From assembly GCA_000091205.1 (NCBI GenBank), contig AP006485.2: a stretch of DNA of 64,000 nucleotides; one strand, written 5' to 3'. How positions within the stretch are numbered: the first letter of the stretch is position 1; every line of letters begins with the position of its first letter. Positions 53,239 to 64,000 of the stretch are shown one piece after another. Origin of the DNA: Cyanidioschyzon merolae (lineage: Eukaryota). A model generated the notes under the pieces. That model was not told where the DNA came from. It worked only from the letters and a program-made list of their open reading frames with translations, and searched no databases. The position numbers and the translations under genes are program-made.

Positions 53239-55035
53239 AGAGATCGCTGGACACAAATCTGGGCAGTTGCACGTCGAACAAGGCGTTGGGTTCGCAGCTC
53301 CTGACCGACAGCCTCTAAGGACGTGCACGCTGCAGCATTCGCTCCGAGTCCGACGAGATCAGCAGCAAAGCAACCCCGTGGATATTCGTCCACGACCCGT
53401 GACGCATAGGTCGAAAGTGCCGCACCGAACCAGACGCGCTCTTCAGTACACTCGGACTGCTTGATTAACAGGATGTTTACGCCCGGTATCCGCGCTTGCT
53501 CACAAGTTTGTTATCCGCGTCCGCCAGCGCGTCGATACGGAACTTTCGAACTGGGCGATAACAAAGCCGCTCCGCGAGTCTCAGATGCAAGGATACGGTT
53601 AGCGCTGCAGCAGTTGCAACGCTGGAAGCTTGTTTATATGATTCATTTAGGTTCAATATTGAACAATAGTACCCCATCCATGGGCATTCATGATTGTCGC
53701 TAGGTGCTGCTGCTGCTGCTGGGCACTTTCCCGTGCACGACCATTCGACATAGCCGTGATTCATGTGTACCAACCGGGACACGAGGTTGCTATCCAGCAC
53801 CTCACCATGTATCCAAGCGCGGCTCGTCGTCCTCTCGTCCGTTCAAAGGCAGAAAATCAGTAAGCATTTGCAGACGCGCTCGGGAGTGAAGTCTGCTCGG
53901 GGTCTAGGTGCGCTCACCGCGCGGAGGTACACCTGCAGAGCCGATCAGCACGCTCCGCAGCGGCAGCGAGTCGAGGTTCGTCGACGGAATTTGGAGTCAT
54001 TCGGTCTCGGTGAAGCGACGATGGTGACGGAGCATCCATCGCCACCGCGAGCGTGTGAGACAAGCACGGCATCTGGAAGTTTCGTAGATCGATGGAGCAG
54101 GCGGTAGCCATCGGTATCCAAAGCGCCGCGGTAATCGCTTCTCTTGTCGGTAACAGCAAGCACACATCCGAAGAAAAATCCTGGTCGATGTATTGATCCT
54201 AGACCGCCAAAGGGTATTGCAACGACACCGCCACGGGGCAAGCATGCTTTGCTTTTACTTGAGCATGAATGCTTTCGCACTGCGCTTGTTGTGTGCACTA
54301 TCCTAATATGGTTTATCCCAGCGCCTTTGCGAACAGTGCTCCGCTCTTAAGATCACACTGCGCACCCAATCGCGACTGGTACTTGTTTAATCTACGAGCG
54401 CGGTTCGACACGCAACGATCCATTGATGACGTTGCATGGGCGATTGGCGCTCGCGTCTAGTTCAAGCATCCTTGCTGCTCATATGGGGCCACTTTGGCGA
54501 GCTTTCGACGTGCTCGCGCCGAAATGAGTGTCGGCTTCTGCGAAAGATGCAATGCGCAGCTCGAGGATTGGCACATGCCACTTTTGTAATGGGCATGCTT
54601 TTGCGTCCAGCACAGGCGTTAGGGATCGTCGTGAGCAGCCTCAGTGGGCAGTCGCTTGCGTGGCAAGTCCGAATGCACAACAACGATGCGTTGATTACCG
54701 TTCGTGGCCGTTTTTCGCAACATGCACATGGACTGATTTTGAAACAAAGGTCTCGCGTCACTGAAAAATGCTTGAGCGCCGTCTACAGGTTGCTGCGGCT
54801 TCGGATGCCGGCAACGCCGCGGTGATACCGGAGAGGCGGCCTCGCGGCACGATTTCGTCCCTGAGGGTTTCGCATCACCTGCTCCATTCCTGCTCATCGC
54901 CAGCGCCCGCCGTGCATCTTCTATGGCATTCACGACAGCTATAGCGCTTCGTGGAAATCCTTCGGGGTCTGCATCGCACGCCAGGTGCCAGTAGATAGCG
55001 CACTCAAGCACGCTGCACGCGAAACACCTGCAGAG

Positions 55036-55310
55036 AGCACTCTCTCATCGGATGAGCGAGCGTCTCGCTGTTCCACGTGCCTGCATCATAGATGAAGCGT
55101 CCAGGCATATGGACTCAAGTTGCTGACCGAACTTTCTCTGATAGCGCCTCAGCTGGGTGGCATTGCCTTCGGGATAGCACTCTCTCATCGGATGAGCGAG
55201 CGTCTCGCTGTTCCACGTACCGGCATCATAGATGAAGCGTCCAGGCATATGGACTCAAGTTGCTGACCGAACTTTCTCTGATAGCGCCTCAGCTGAGTGG
55301 CATTGCCTTC
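55036..55310. repeat. Tandem duplication of about 140 bp, 2 copies at about 98% identity, spanning the stop codon / 3' end of the PLP-deaminase-family gene.
   Basis: agcactctctcatcggatgagcgagcgtctcgctgttccacgt...ggcattgccttc occurs twice head-to-tail. ORFs 55045..55248 and the end of 55185..56330 both translate ...GNATQLRRYQRKFGQQLESICLDASSMM(Q/P)(A/V)RGTARRSLIR. Confidence 0.9.
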
Positions 55311-56330
55311 AGAACCGCCAGTAGCGACGTACAGCACATCTCTCAACCGTTCCGGGGCATCTGCAAAGTATGCACTGAGCGCGAGGAGCGTCGGCGGTGC
55401 GTAAATCAAATCAAAATAAGACGGTAATGCCCGCCACAACCTGTAGAGTTCCGATTTCAGCGTCCCGAAACCACCGGACTCGTTCGGCAACACTTGTACG
55501 CTCCGTCGTAGCGACACCGCTGTGCCTCGAGAAGCTGCATGGGTACGTGCTTCCAGTCGCCGAAACTGGGCCTTCAGGTATTGGGAATCACCTACACAAG
55601 CGACTGCCAGTACTTGCACATTCGCTGGCAGGTACTGTTGCAGGTACCACGCGGTCGTGCCAGTGCCTGCTGGGACACACACCATTCGGATATCACGCAG
55701 GTCCTCTGCGGCAATAGACTCCGCCAGTCTGCGCAAACCAACCGCTGCCTCCGGACAAGCAACGCCTTGCGGCACGAATAACTTCTGCGGGTAGCCGATC
55801 TGCTCGCTTTGCCGCTGGTACTCCTGCTCGAGCTCGGAAACGGTGCTTTGATATTCGGTAAAGGTTCGGCACTCCCAGAGCTCCATACCAAGGGAAAGTG
55901 CCCGCTTGAGGTTCCCGCACGGCCGCTCTCGAAGCCAGCGCGGCAGCGGACGGGTTACGTACTGGAACCGGACCCCTAAAGCACTAGAGAAACCTGCAAG
56001 TGCGAGCATTGCGTTGCTCTGGGCCCCACCGTGGCTAACGAGGCGCTCGACCTTCATCGACGTGTTGCTAGCGGCTTCCGCAAAGGCCGCGAGTTTGCGA
56101 GCCTTGTTTCCACAAACAGCACCCAGCGGTCCATCACCTCCAAGACAGTTAATATCGTCGCGGAATACCTTGAGCGGAACAGGTGTCGCTCCAGCACAGG
56201 TGAAGAGCCACGGCGGGAGCAACACCGTCTCTATAAAAGTCGCCGCTCTGCTCGCAGGTTGTTGTGCTGCGACTTTCCTGTGCGCCCGACGAAGCCGGGT
56301 ACTGTCGCTGGTGCGGGGAGAACGCATCAA
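55185..56330 (-). CDS. PLP-dependent ACC deaminase / D-cysteine desulfhydrase family enzyme.
   Basis: GNKARKL (GNKxRKLE) lysine motif, GGAQSNAMLALAGFSSALGV (GGxQSNH...A), and a fold-type II PLP enzyme layout; 381 aa. Confidence 0.68.
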   Translation of the reverse strand: MMRSPRTSDSTRLRRAHRKVAAQQPASRAATFIETVLLPPWLFTCAGATPVPLKVFRDDINCLGGDGPLGAVCGNKARKLAAFAEAASNTSMKVERLVSHGGAQSNAMLALAGFSSALGVRFQYVTRPLPRWLRERPCGNLKRALSLGMELWECRTFTEYQSTVSELEQEYQRQSEQIGYPQKLFVPQGVACPEAAVGLRRLAESIAAEDLRDIRMVCVPAGTGTTAWYLQQYLPANVQVLAVACVGDSQYLKAQFRRLEARTHAASRGTAVSLRRSVQVLPNESGGFGTLKSELYRLWRALPSYFDLIYAPPTLLALSAYFADAPERLRDVLYVATGGSEGNATQLRRYQRKFGQQLESICLDASSMMPVRGTARRSLIR

Positions 56331-56536
56331 TGGCTCGGAAGCGCCTTTTCATCCACGCTGAGCTTGCCTTTAGCCAAAGCGTGTACGCACGGCGAACGCC
56401 AGTAGAGCCAGATACGAACGAGACCTTCGTACCAGGACAAGCGTTCCACGTAAGCCTGCGAAGAACGACAACACCGCCGCGCTTTCAGCGACGCGTCACT
56501 AGTCGTTTCCGAGCTCCGAGGTATCCAACGCGGATG

Positions 56537-57223
56537 TTTTCGTTGCAGAATCCGTGGTATGATGCATCAGCGGCAGCAGCTGCAGCAGCAGCACCGCTAC
56601 TTGTTTCAAAGCGGCAGGCACTGTGCGTCGGCCTGGGGACCTCCAGTGCGCTGCTTCTCTACGTAACCTACTGGATCGCTCTCGGCCGTCTCCAGAGACG
56701 AGGAAACGTACCCGATATGCTGTCTGAACCAAAAGTGCGGCAAATCTTCCGCATCCTTGCTTTCATGGAACTCTTCGTCGTCTACTTGGCTCCGTTGCTT
56801 GCGACGGCGTTCGCACAGCTCAGCGGCGGTGCGAGCGTACCCCCGCTCGGGTCGACACTGAGCCTCGCTGCCCTGTACTTTCTCCCGAATATGGTCATGA
56901 CTGCAGTAAATATTCGATTGGAAGGTTTATTTCGAAAGCGAAAGCAATTGCTCGTTAACTACAGCTCCACTGCTGTCAATAATCTGTGGCGACTCATAGC
57001 ATATGTTCTGATTCTCCTGGATACGCAACGACGACGCCTGCAGGCACCTGCATCGGCTTCAGCCTCGGATATCCGGGCTCTCGCAGGCTTTCGGCTTGTT
57101 GCATACGCTGGTATCCTGATAAGTGTGCTCATTATGATCGTGTTCGAACCAGTTGCAGTCTGGGTACTTGCGCCTGCATCACTGCAGCGGGTCACTGCGA
57201 AGAAGGATCACCCGGGTTCTTGA
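56537..57223 (+). CDS. Hypothetical multi-pass membrane protein. The track ORF starts at 56264 and would overlap the opposite-strand gene start, so a conservative internal start is used.
   Basis: Poly-Ala stretch then about 5 hydrophobic helices. No family recognised. Confidence 0.3.
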   Translation, partial: FSLQNPWYDASAAAAAAAAPLLVSKRQALCVGLGTSSALLLYVTYWIALGRLQRRGNVPDMLSEPKVRQIFRILAFMELFVVYLAPLLATAFAQLSGGASVPPLGSTLSLAALYFLPNMVMTAVNIRLEGLFRKRKQLLVNYSSTAVNNLWRLIAYVLILLDTQRRRLQAPASASASDIRALAGFRLVAYAGILISVLIMIVFEPVAVWVLAPASLQRVTAKKDHPGS

Positions 57224-57967
57224 TCCGGAGCGTTCAGGAGAATGCCCTCCATTTTCGCCAGGTCACACACGATTGTCGCAATACTTCCATTCTGGACCAT
57301 GGTGATGAGCTGCACGGAGGTCGTGCAGGGCTTTCTGGTCTCCAGCGTGTTGAACACTGAGATGCGCCCTGGATCCGTGAGCCATTGTGTTAACGTCGCG
57401 AACGTAGCGTTTCCGGAGCAAGTTGTGCCTCTGCATCGTTGATGTGCATCGGACAGAGCATTCAGTGTGTTGTGAGTGTAGCATGGCAAATGTGAGCAGG
57501 AGGAGCGATTATCCGTTGCGTCTCAAACGTGCCATTCCAGGCAAAACTGCTGTTTCGCGGTGTTTTGGCGCGTAGCTACGCTTCCCGCATCATTTCCTGT
57601 GCTTTCATGTAATGAGGGCTGTGCTTGATCGAGAAAATACTTGTGGTCATCGGATACATCCGCGATATACCTGACGAACATGTTGTGCTGAGGCCGATCA
57701 CACGAGCCGCACCGACGCGTTCTCCATACTAGCGAGGCGACTGATATAGCTCGTGTGCTGAAGCCAGACGCATGAGCTCTATTCATACCCTGGTCATCCC
57801 GGTTACATGTCTGATGACACCTCTCTATTCGAGACGCTCAGTCGCAGGTTCTCATGGGCTTCAGTCTAAAAAAAGCAGCTGAACGCGTACGTTCACGGAT
57901 TCGCTCGGGAGCAACAAGTCGCCTTGCCGTCTCGCACAGCCTTTTACCAGGCAGGACGCCCTGTTGC

Positions 57968-58354
57968 CTACAGCGGCGGCGCACCTGAGTCTAGTAGAGA
58001 CGTTCGCCACGTGTAAACGAGCGTCCAAACCAAAACAAATAACAGGAAAGCAGGCCACAGGTTTTCTGTGAAGCACAGCCAAGCAGTGTTCTCTCCGTAG
58101 GTTTCCAACTGCACGCCGATGAACTTGCGTAGCACAGTGGTCGGTAGAAAGCACGTGACCAGAATGTACGCTGATAGTGCCCCAACGCCCGTCAAAGGAA
58201 CCAGACCGAAGAGTAGCGCAAAACCTAGCGCACAGAGCAAACGCAAGTAGAACACCAGCGTCAAAAGCCTGGAGCGGTCCCACGAAGCTACCTCAACTCG
58301 AAGCCGCTTTCTCCACCGGTGTAGCACTGCACGCTGATGTGCTTGATCTGGCAT
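57968..58354 (-). CDS. Hypothetical small (128 aa) membrane protein.
   Basis: Three or four clear hydrophobic segments (LLTLVFYLRLLCALGFALLFGLV, LSAYILVTCFL, LWPAFLLFVLVWTLVY). Unassigned. Confidence 0.3.
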   Translation of the reverse strand: MPDQAHQRAVLHRWRKRLRVEVASWDRSRLLTLVFYLRLLCALGFALLFGLVPLTGVGALSAYILVTCFLPTTVLRKFIGVQLETYGENTAWLCFTENLWPAFLLFVLVWTLVYTWRTSLLDSGAPPL

Positions 58355-59600
58355 AGATCAGAGCCTGAAAGCGAGTGAACTTGTGTGTTCGTGTATAACC
58401 GACCTTTGGAGAGAACGTATGCGTTGGAGGACGCGAAGCACCAACCAAACACGTATCCTCTCTCAAAGCCGAGGATGCGATACTGTCGCAGAGGAACTGC
58501 TGCTGACGCCCAACGTACCGAGATGATCTGTTTATATAAGCTGTGGCATAGGGCGAGAGTTAAAGATCCTCCTCCATCAAGAATGAGCAATGGATACATT
58601 GTTCTGGTGCTGGTTTATGGAAGTGTGGATGCCCTTGTAGAGGATCCGCGGTCGATACCCTGCGTAACGACGGCTGGTGCGTATGTCGTCAATAGACTGA
58701 CTGACTGTCGAGGAGGCGGGAATCCGTGTCCCCATTGAAAGAACAGCACACCCGTAAACGAGCTCGTCCGCACCGCAAGTTCAGTCCTTGATCTGGTGGA
58801 GGAACCTGGCACCCGTTCGGAGTCGAGGCGAGCGGTCTATGGAACGCCCATTTGCGGGTTTCTCGGAAAGATATAGAAACACTCCCGCTGCGCGGCAGCA
58901 GCTGCAGACTGAAGTCTATTGGGCGACGCGCACTCTGAGTTGTGTTCCCTCTGGGCGCACGTGCTCATGAATGCCATTACATTGTCAGCCATGATGATGC
59001 CTCAAGGACGTCCGAGTTCACTTGGCACTATTCAGGTCCAGTTGACTGATCATAGCGGGACGGCGTCCAATGAACTGCGCAGAGCGGGTCCGCTGCACCA
59101 GACACGACGATCAGTTCGCTCACTGGCCAGAATGAACGCTTCCAACCAAATGCTTCGTATTGTGCAAACGCTACCGTTTACCTGGATACCGATACCAGCC
59201 TCTGGACGGGCGCCTCCGTGCTCCACTGTTGACGCTGGTGCGATGCACAAATCGATGATCCCGTTGGCGTCAACACTCGAACGATTCCGCGACCTGCCGG
59301 GGACGGCTCGGAGGCACCAGAGTCTCCTGAAACGTGACTCCTGTTAAATGCACTACATCTGCCGTTTTACGCAGTGCATCGGCATTGTGTCTGGGCCTTG
59401 TATCGAGCCGGTGCGAAGGCGCTCCGGGTCGAAAGCCAAGGCGATGTGCACCGTACGCATCTGGTGTCAGGAGGTCGCGCACTTGCGCCTCAAGTGAAGC
59501 GAGGAACACTGAGCACCTGTCTTTCAGACATGAGTGCGACGATGAATTCCTATTCCTCAATATCCAGGAAATCGTCTATGATACACAGAATAGTGAGTCC

Positions 59601-62223
59601 TGGAATGCAGAGGGCAGCACAACCTTTTTGGTTTTTCTCGAAGATATTTAAAATACAGAATTGGAACATTTTGATTCGAGAACGATCATGGTAGGGTTTT
59701 ATGTGTTCATGGCTCGCTTGAGACATAAAAGCCTCATACAAGTCAGCCATTCGACGGTTAGCGGGTGGATAAACCACCCTTCTCGTCGTCGTCGTTACCC
59801 ATTACGTCGTGCATCCAGACCAGAACCCATCGACTGCGATCTGCACGACTGTCTACTCGTCGATCCGTCCCACTACATACCTCCTCTGAGCAAAGATATC
59901 AGAGGAGACACAGCGTGTGAAGTTTCGCGCATTCGGCACAAACAATGACGAGCACACACGAGTGCACGAAGGAGAAAGCACGCTCCTGGAGGATATCGTC
60001 AAGCGTTGAAGGACACACGATCGATTTCGAACTGAAACGCGAAAGCCTTGAGGTGGAGCGGCGGATGCTCGTCTCAGTCGACGAGACGTTATTCAGGACA
60101 AATGGTCAAACGATGTGTGCGTACTCAATGTGGAGCAAACTGTTGTGTATGAATAAACGGAAACCGAGCGTGACGTCAACGCGAGCTCTCGGGGCAGTTC
60201 AGTGGAGCGCTTTCCCACATAAATCACAGAATCGATACGCTCGTTCAACACAGCATCCTTCGTTGAACCACGCTTCGTGGCTTCTCCGTCCCGCATTCCT
60301 CTGTCCAGCTGCTGCACGGCAACTTCGCTTTCCGCCACTCACAAGCGGTCAACAAGTGCGCTGCTGAGACTGGCGACGAGCTGCCCTTCGTGACAACCAC
60401 TGTTCCCTCGTTCAGTGCAGTCGAATGCCTCCGCTCTGTTCGCAGAGGCAACGTCTGCGCTCTCGGATCCATAGACGGGTCATTCGCGTGCACGATGCGG
60501 TTCGTTCATAAACCGTTATTTCGACAGCCGTGCTCGCTCTCCTCAACCGCTAATCTGCTCTGTTGGTTCTGTGTTCGAGAACCGGGGCGAACGGAAGGCC
60601 GCACTTCGGTCCATGAGCGCGCACACCGTGGAAAAGAGGAGCAAGCGCCAAGTAGGCAGCAGTGGATACATATATCTTTAGGAAAGGCACGCTCCGGTCC
60701 CGTCGTGCACCCCGTGCGCCCGAGTCCTGATGAAAACTAACCGATATGGCGCATCGTGATGATACACATGCCAACCTGCCAAATGGAGGACTCGCACTGG
60801 AAACCACCAGGCAGGCAAAGAAGCAAGAATGCTCCCGAATACGGGGACGAGCAGCGCCTGGAAGGAAAAATATCGGTGCAGCTATTGCTCAGTCTGGAAC
60901 GGTCATCATAGCCTCGCTACCGAAACACACATCAACCGGGAGAATCACCCAAAAAGGAAGATACAGGGCGCCCTAAGGGGATGCGTAGCTTCTGACTCGA
61001 GCAGGGCTCGCTCAGCTTCCTTCGCTTTGACGTACCCTGTCAGGGTACGGCGCGTCGGCATCACCGGTGCAGCGCTGTCAGCTGTTCCAAAGCGTCTTGA
61101 AGGTTTCGATCAAACCGTCGTGCGACAACGTAACGGACACTCAGGGCAGACGATGCGAACCGTCCTGATTGTAGGATCAGTGATGTGTATACACATTTCA
61201 CAGAGGACCTCGAAGTTTCGGTGCGCCTGTCGTCGCTTCGAAGACCTACAGCGTCGGTGCCAATACGTATCAACGTGAATCCCCGAAAGCCGAAATCATA
61301 GGCAGGCTCGTGTCGGGCGCTTCATGAGGCGCTGTATGTGCGTATTCGCGCCTCAGCTCACGGGCCCAGACTCGTGGCGACTAGTTCAAATGAATCTGCG
61401 TAACAGATACGCTACGAGTTTCCAGGCGGCGCATGTGAACCGTCTTTGGCAAGAGTACATGGGAGCGCGCCGGGGTTCACAACGGTGTCTATCGTAAAGA
61501 GGCAGGAAACTTGCATTCGGCAACGTGTTGAATGCGTTGCAAGACAAGGAATGGACTTGAACGTCGCGTTGTTTGATCGTAGCGTATTGGGCTGAGCGTG
61601 CTGTAGGACGCGAAAAGCGCACCCCTGTTCACTCGACAAGAGCGTACACCGAGTGCAGGAATCTATGCTGCACGGTATCTATCGAATCGTTCAGAACGAC
61701 ATACGAACACCGAGAGTGGGCGTGCACTGTGAAACTGGTAGAGAGGAAAACGCTGAAACACGGCTGAATGCACTTCATGGTGTCCAGTACGCTGAGCGAA
61801 CTTCACATACCGAGGCACTCGATGATCAGAGTCGTTGCTGTAGCGTACATCCAGCAGCCGTCGTAGGGAGACGCTCAAGCACATGCTGCACCGAGACTCT
61901 AATGCATCGATGAACCTACGGAAATGTCTTGCGCTTCCAGAATGTCTACCGGGTTGATGTCGAGCGAACGTTCAAGTAACTGTTTCGAACTCGGACGAGG
62001 GAACGTCTCGAAACAATGAAGCCTTTGGGTGAGAAAAAATGTGGCAAGGGTAGCTGGCATTGGATTCTCGCCTGAAGCAAGGCACTTGTATGGTACATTT
62101 CGCAAGGCAAAGTGACTGAAGCGCCCTATGTCTATATAGGTACCGGGACCAGTGTTCCTGTGTCATTGGTGAGCAGTAAAGATGATCCAGTATTCGATAC
62201 TTTGAGCATACTACATTTCGATG
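59601..62223. repeat. 2,623-bp direct repeat, copy B (partner of 31823..34445).
   Basis: See copy A. Downstream of copy B the 705-bp module is absent (sequence diverges right after catttcgatg). Confidence 0.92.
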
Positions 62224-64000
62224 CAGCAACATGTCCGCACTTTTGCCCTGCAACGAAACCGCACGACCGATAGGTCTCCCATCTGAAGATTCTCGTTCGA
62301 GGAAGGAACGAAAACATCGCGGATCAGGCCTTGTGATGGAAAGCATGCACTTGCACGGTAGCATTGAGAAGAACGTCCAAGAAATTGTTGGCAAGGCTCG
62401 TTCCCTTCTGCTTGAATACTCGGATACCTAACAATGCAACGGATACCTAACAATGCACCAAACTGCGACTGCTACTGCCGCTGCTGCCAAAGGACCCGAT
62501 ACCTACTCGCCAGTTGCTAAGCAATGAACGATGTTATAAAGCGCCATAGCAGCTAGCCTGATCTTGCACGTTACCTGCATCAAAGCGCATGACTTTGTTT
62601 GCAGTGCTCCAGCACAACAGGCGCTTGAGTACGGCAAACGCCGGAGCGACGCTCTCGAGTTCCCCGGTCAATGGCATACAGCGGGCCGTCCGGAGTCTTG
62701 TTGGCATGCATAGACCGTGTGTGAACTTTCTCATCAAAAAAGGACGAGGTGGACTCCACGCTTGAACCTCAATCTGTTTTGCTCTCTGCATATGACAGCG
62801 CTACGGAGGCACAAAACACTCGAAACGGAAAACGCCCGTGGAACGCAACACGACGCGTTTGAGGTCAGCTTGAAGGCTTTCGAACTTGTTCGTTTCGAGT
62901 CTGGGACCATGCTTGCAGCGTATCGCCACAAACCGCAGGTGCGTTTCGTTTTTCCGCAGCCTCCGCCCGGCTGCTTCAGTGACACGATTCCGGTGGTATC
63001 CACGTATACGTATCTGCTGTTTCTGCAGAGTGCTTCTCGGATTTTATACCTGACGTGTTCAAACATCACCGCATTGGACGTGTTGTCGCAGGTCGCAGTG
63101 CTCGTGGTGCATTCGCAGTCCTGGGCAACGTGCTGCATCAAGGCCTGCACCAGCGCGACCTGCTCCTGATGCAATCCAGATACAGCGTGAGCGTGGATGC
63201 GCCTCACAAAGAAAACGTCGCCTACATTGCTTGTGGATGCCGTGGCCCGCCAGGTATCGCTTGTGGCAACCACTCTCGCAGCAACACATCCCAAGACGAG
63301 TCCCTGTTCCTCGCCTGATCCTTACACTGGGCAGAGCACGCGTGCTTGTGCTGCAGGCCCAGGCGAGGCGCAAGCCAGGTAACTCGAGATTTCAGATCCT
63401 CCTGAAAGAGCTCCATGATTCGAAAATCATCATCTGAACGACTGCGACATGCTCGAAAGTCCCACTCGAGACCAAGGAAGAGTGCACAGCCGCAGGCCGC
63501 AAGCGTATGCGAAGCAACCAAGTGGTCAGGCCCCAAGGCAACTACCCAGGTGTCCGTTTCATCCTTTTTCCGCAGTATCGGCTGCGAGGTGTCAGTCTCA
63601 TGATCTTGACTGGTTCCCTTGGAGAAGCAATCGGGGCGAGCCCCTTCAGGAGCCGTGTGCATTTCCTGGGACATCGATGAATATGCGGCAGCTATCCTAT
63701 CGTGCCGGACAGTTTCCACGAGAAACTGCTGATCCGCGTCCGCACTATGATGCGCTACACTGCAAGGTTCATCGTGTGTGTAGGTACGAGCTGCAGGCTC
63801 AGAATCTTCGTCTTCGAACAGAGTGCGCTCGAGCGTCTCCACAAAACTCCGCATCGAAGTCAAAGCCTTCACGATCTCGACGACGTGTTCTCGAGGATCA
63901 GTCTCTACCTCAGGACCGAAAGAAACAAAAGCATATACTTGTTCGTGATCAGCAGCAAAACCTCGTTCTCGTTGTATCTTCTCGTCGGGACAAGTTGCGG

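Noticed and set aside
62734-63294. Fleeting resemblance of this ORF to the Mob1/phocein C-terminal region (RRIHAHAV...HQEQ).
   Set aside because: The Mob1 Zn-binding and MSAGPxYEY motifs are absent; only a short His-rich stretch matches.
1-64000. CRISPR arrays or other short regularly spaced repeats.
   Set aside because: None seen. The tandem repeats present (84 bp, 75 bp, 140 bp, about 96 bp) have 2-4 units, no spacer structure, and lie in a eukaryotic context.

Overview
Call on the window: this is GC-rich (roughly mid-50s %, estimated by eye) nuclear DNA from an intron-poor, plastid-bearing eukaryote. The hunt found one system worth chasing: a TnpB/Fanzor-like (OMEGA-type RNA-guided nuclease) transposon family in three decayed copies.

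Evidence that it is eukaryotic: unmistakable eukaryote-only genes (eIF3i, EMG1/Nep1, N-myristoyltransferase, p24/TMED cargo receptor, THUMPD1/Tan1, USP25/28-like deubiquitinase, HTATIP2-like, lathosterol oxidase). These sit interspersed with bacterial-type organelle proteins that carry long N-terminal presequences (Ffh-type SRP54, EngA/Der double GTPase, FNR-like oxidoreductase). Genes are long uninterrupted ORFs on both strands, separated by ORF-free intergenic stretches that contain transposon relics and repeats. A red-lineage alga is my guess, from intron poverty, GC content and a Phe near the N-terminus of the cpSRP54 presequence; this is inference only. The six-frame track is heavily contaminated by long antisense and mirror ORFs typical of GC-rich DNA, so I called genes only where I recognise the protein family or where a long ORF has sensible context.

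Most interesting findings:
1. A TnpB/Fanzor-like transposon family present in three decayed copies. One is near full-length, about 2.2 kb on the minus strand at 42.9-45.1 kb, frame-broken into five pieces; it has a RuvC-I-like GADPG motif and a textbook RuvC-III NRDFNAAINIRR motif. Two are internally deleted copies of about 1.15 kb on the plus strand, at 11.5-12.7 kb and 48.2-49.4 kb. All three share a conserved, non-coding, roughly 140-bp 3' tail that is a candidate omega-RNA scaffold.
2. A near-identical 705-bp module placed immediately 5' of two unrelated genes (EngA-like and USP25/28-like).
3. A 2.62-kb direct repeat pair exactly 27,778 bp apart, bracketing a roughly 25-kb gene block.

Several tandem duplications are also present, including one that duplicates the 3' end of a PLP-deaminase-family gene. 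No CRISPR arrays, rRNA genes or convincing tRNA genes were seen. I could not run tRNA or rRNA searches, BLAST or HMM searches; every family assignment rests on motif recognition by eye.
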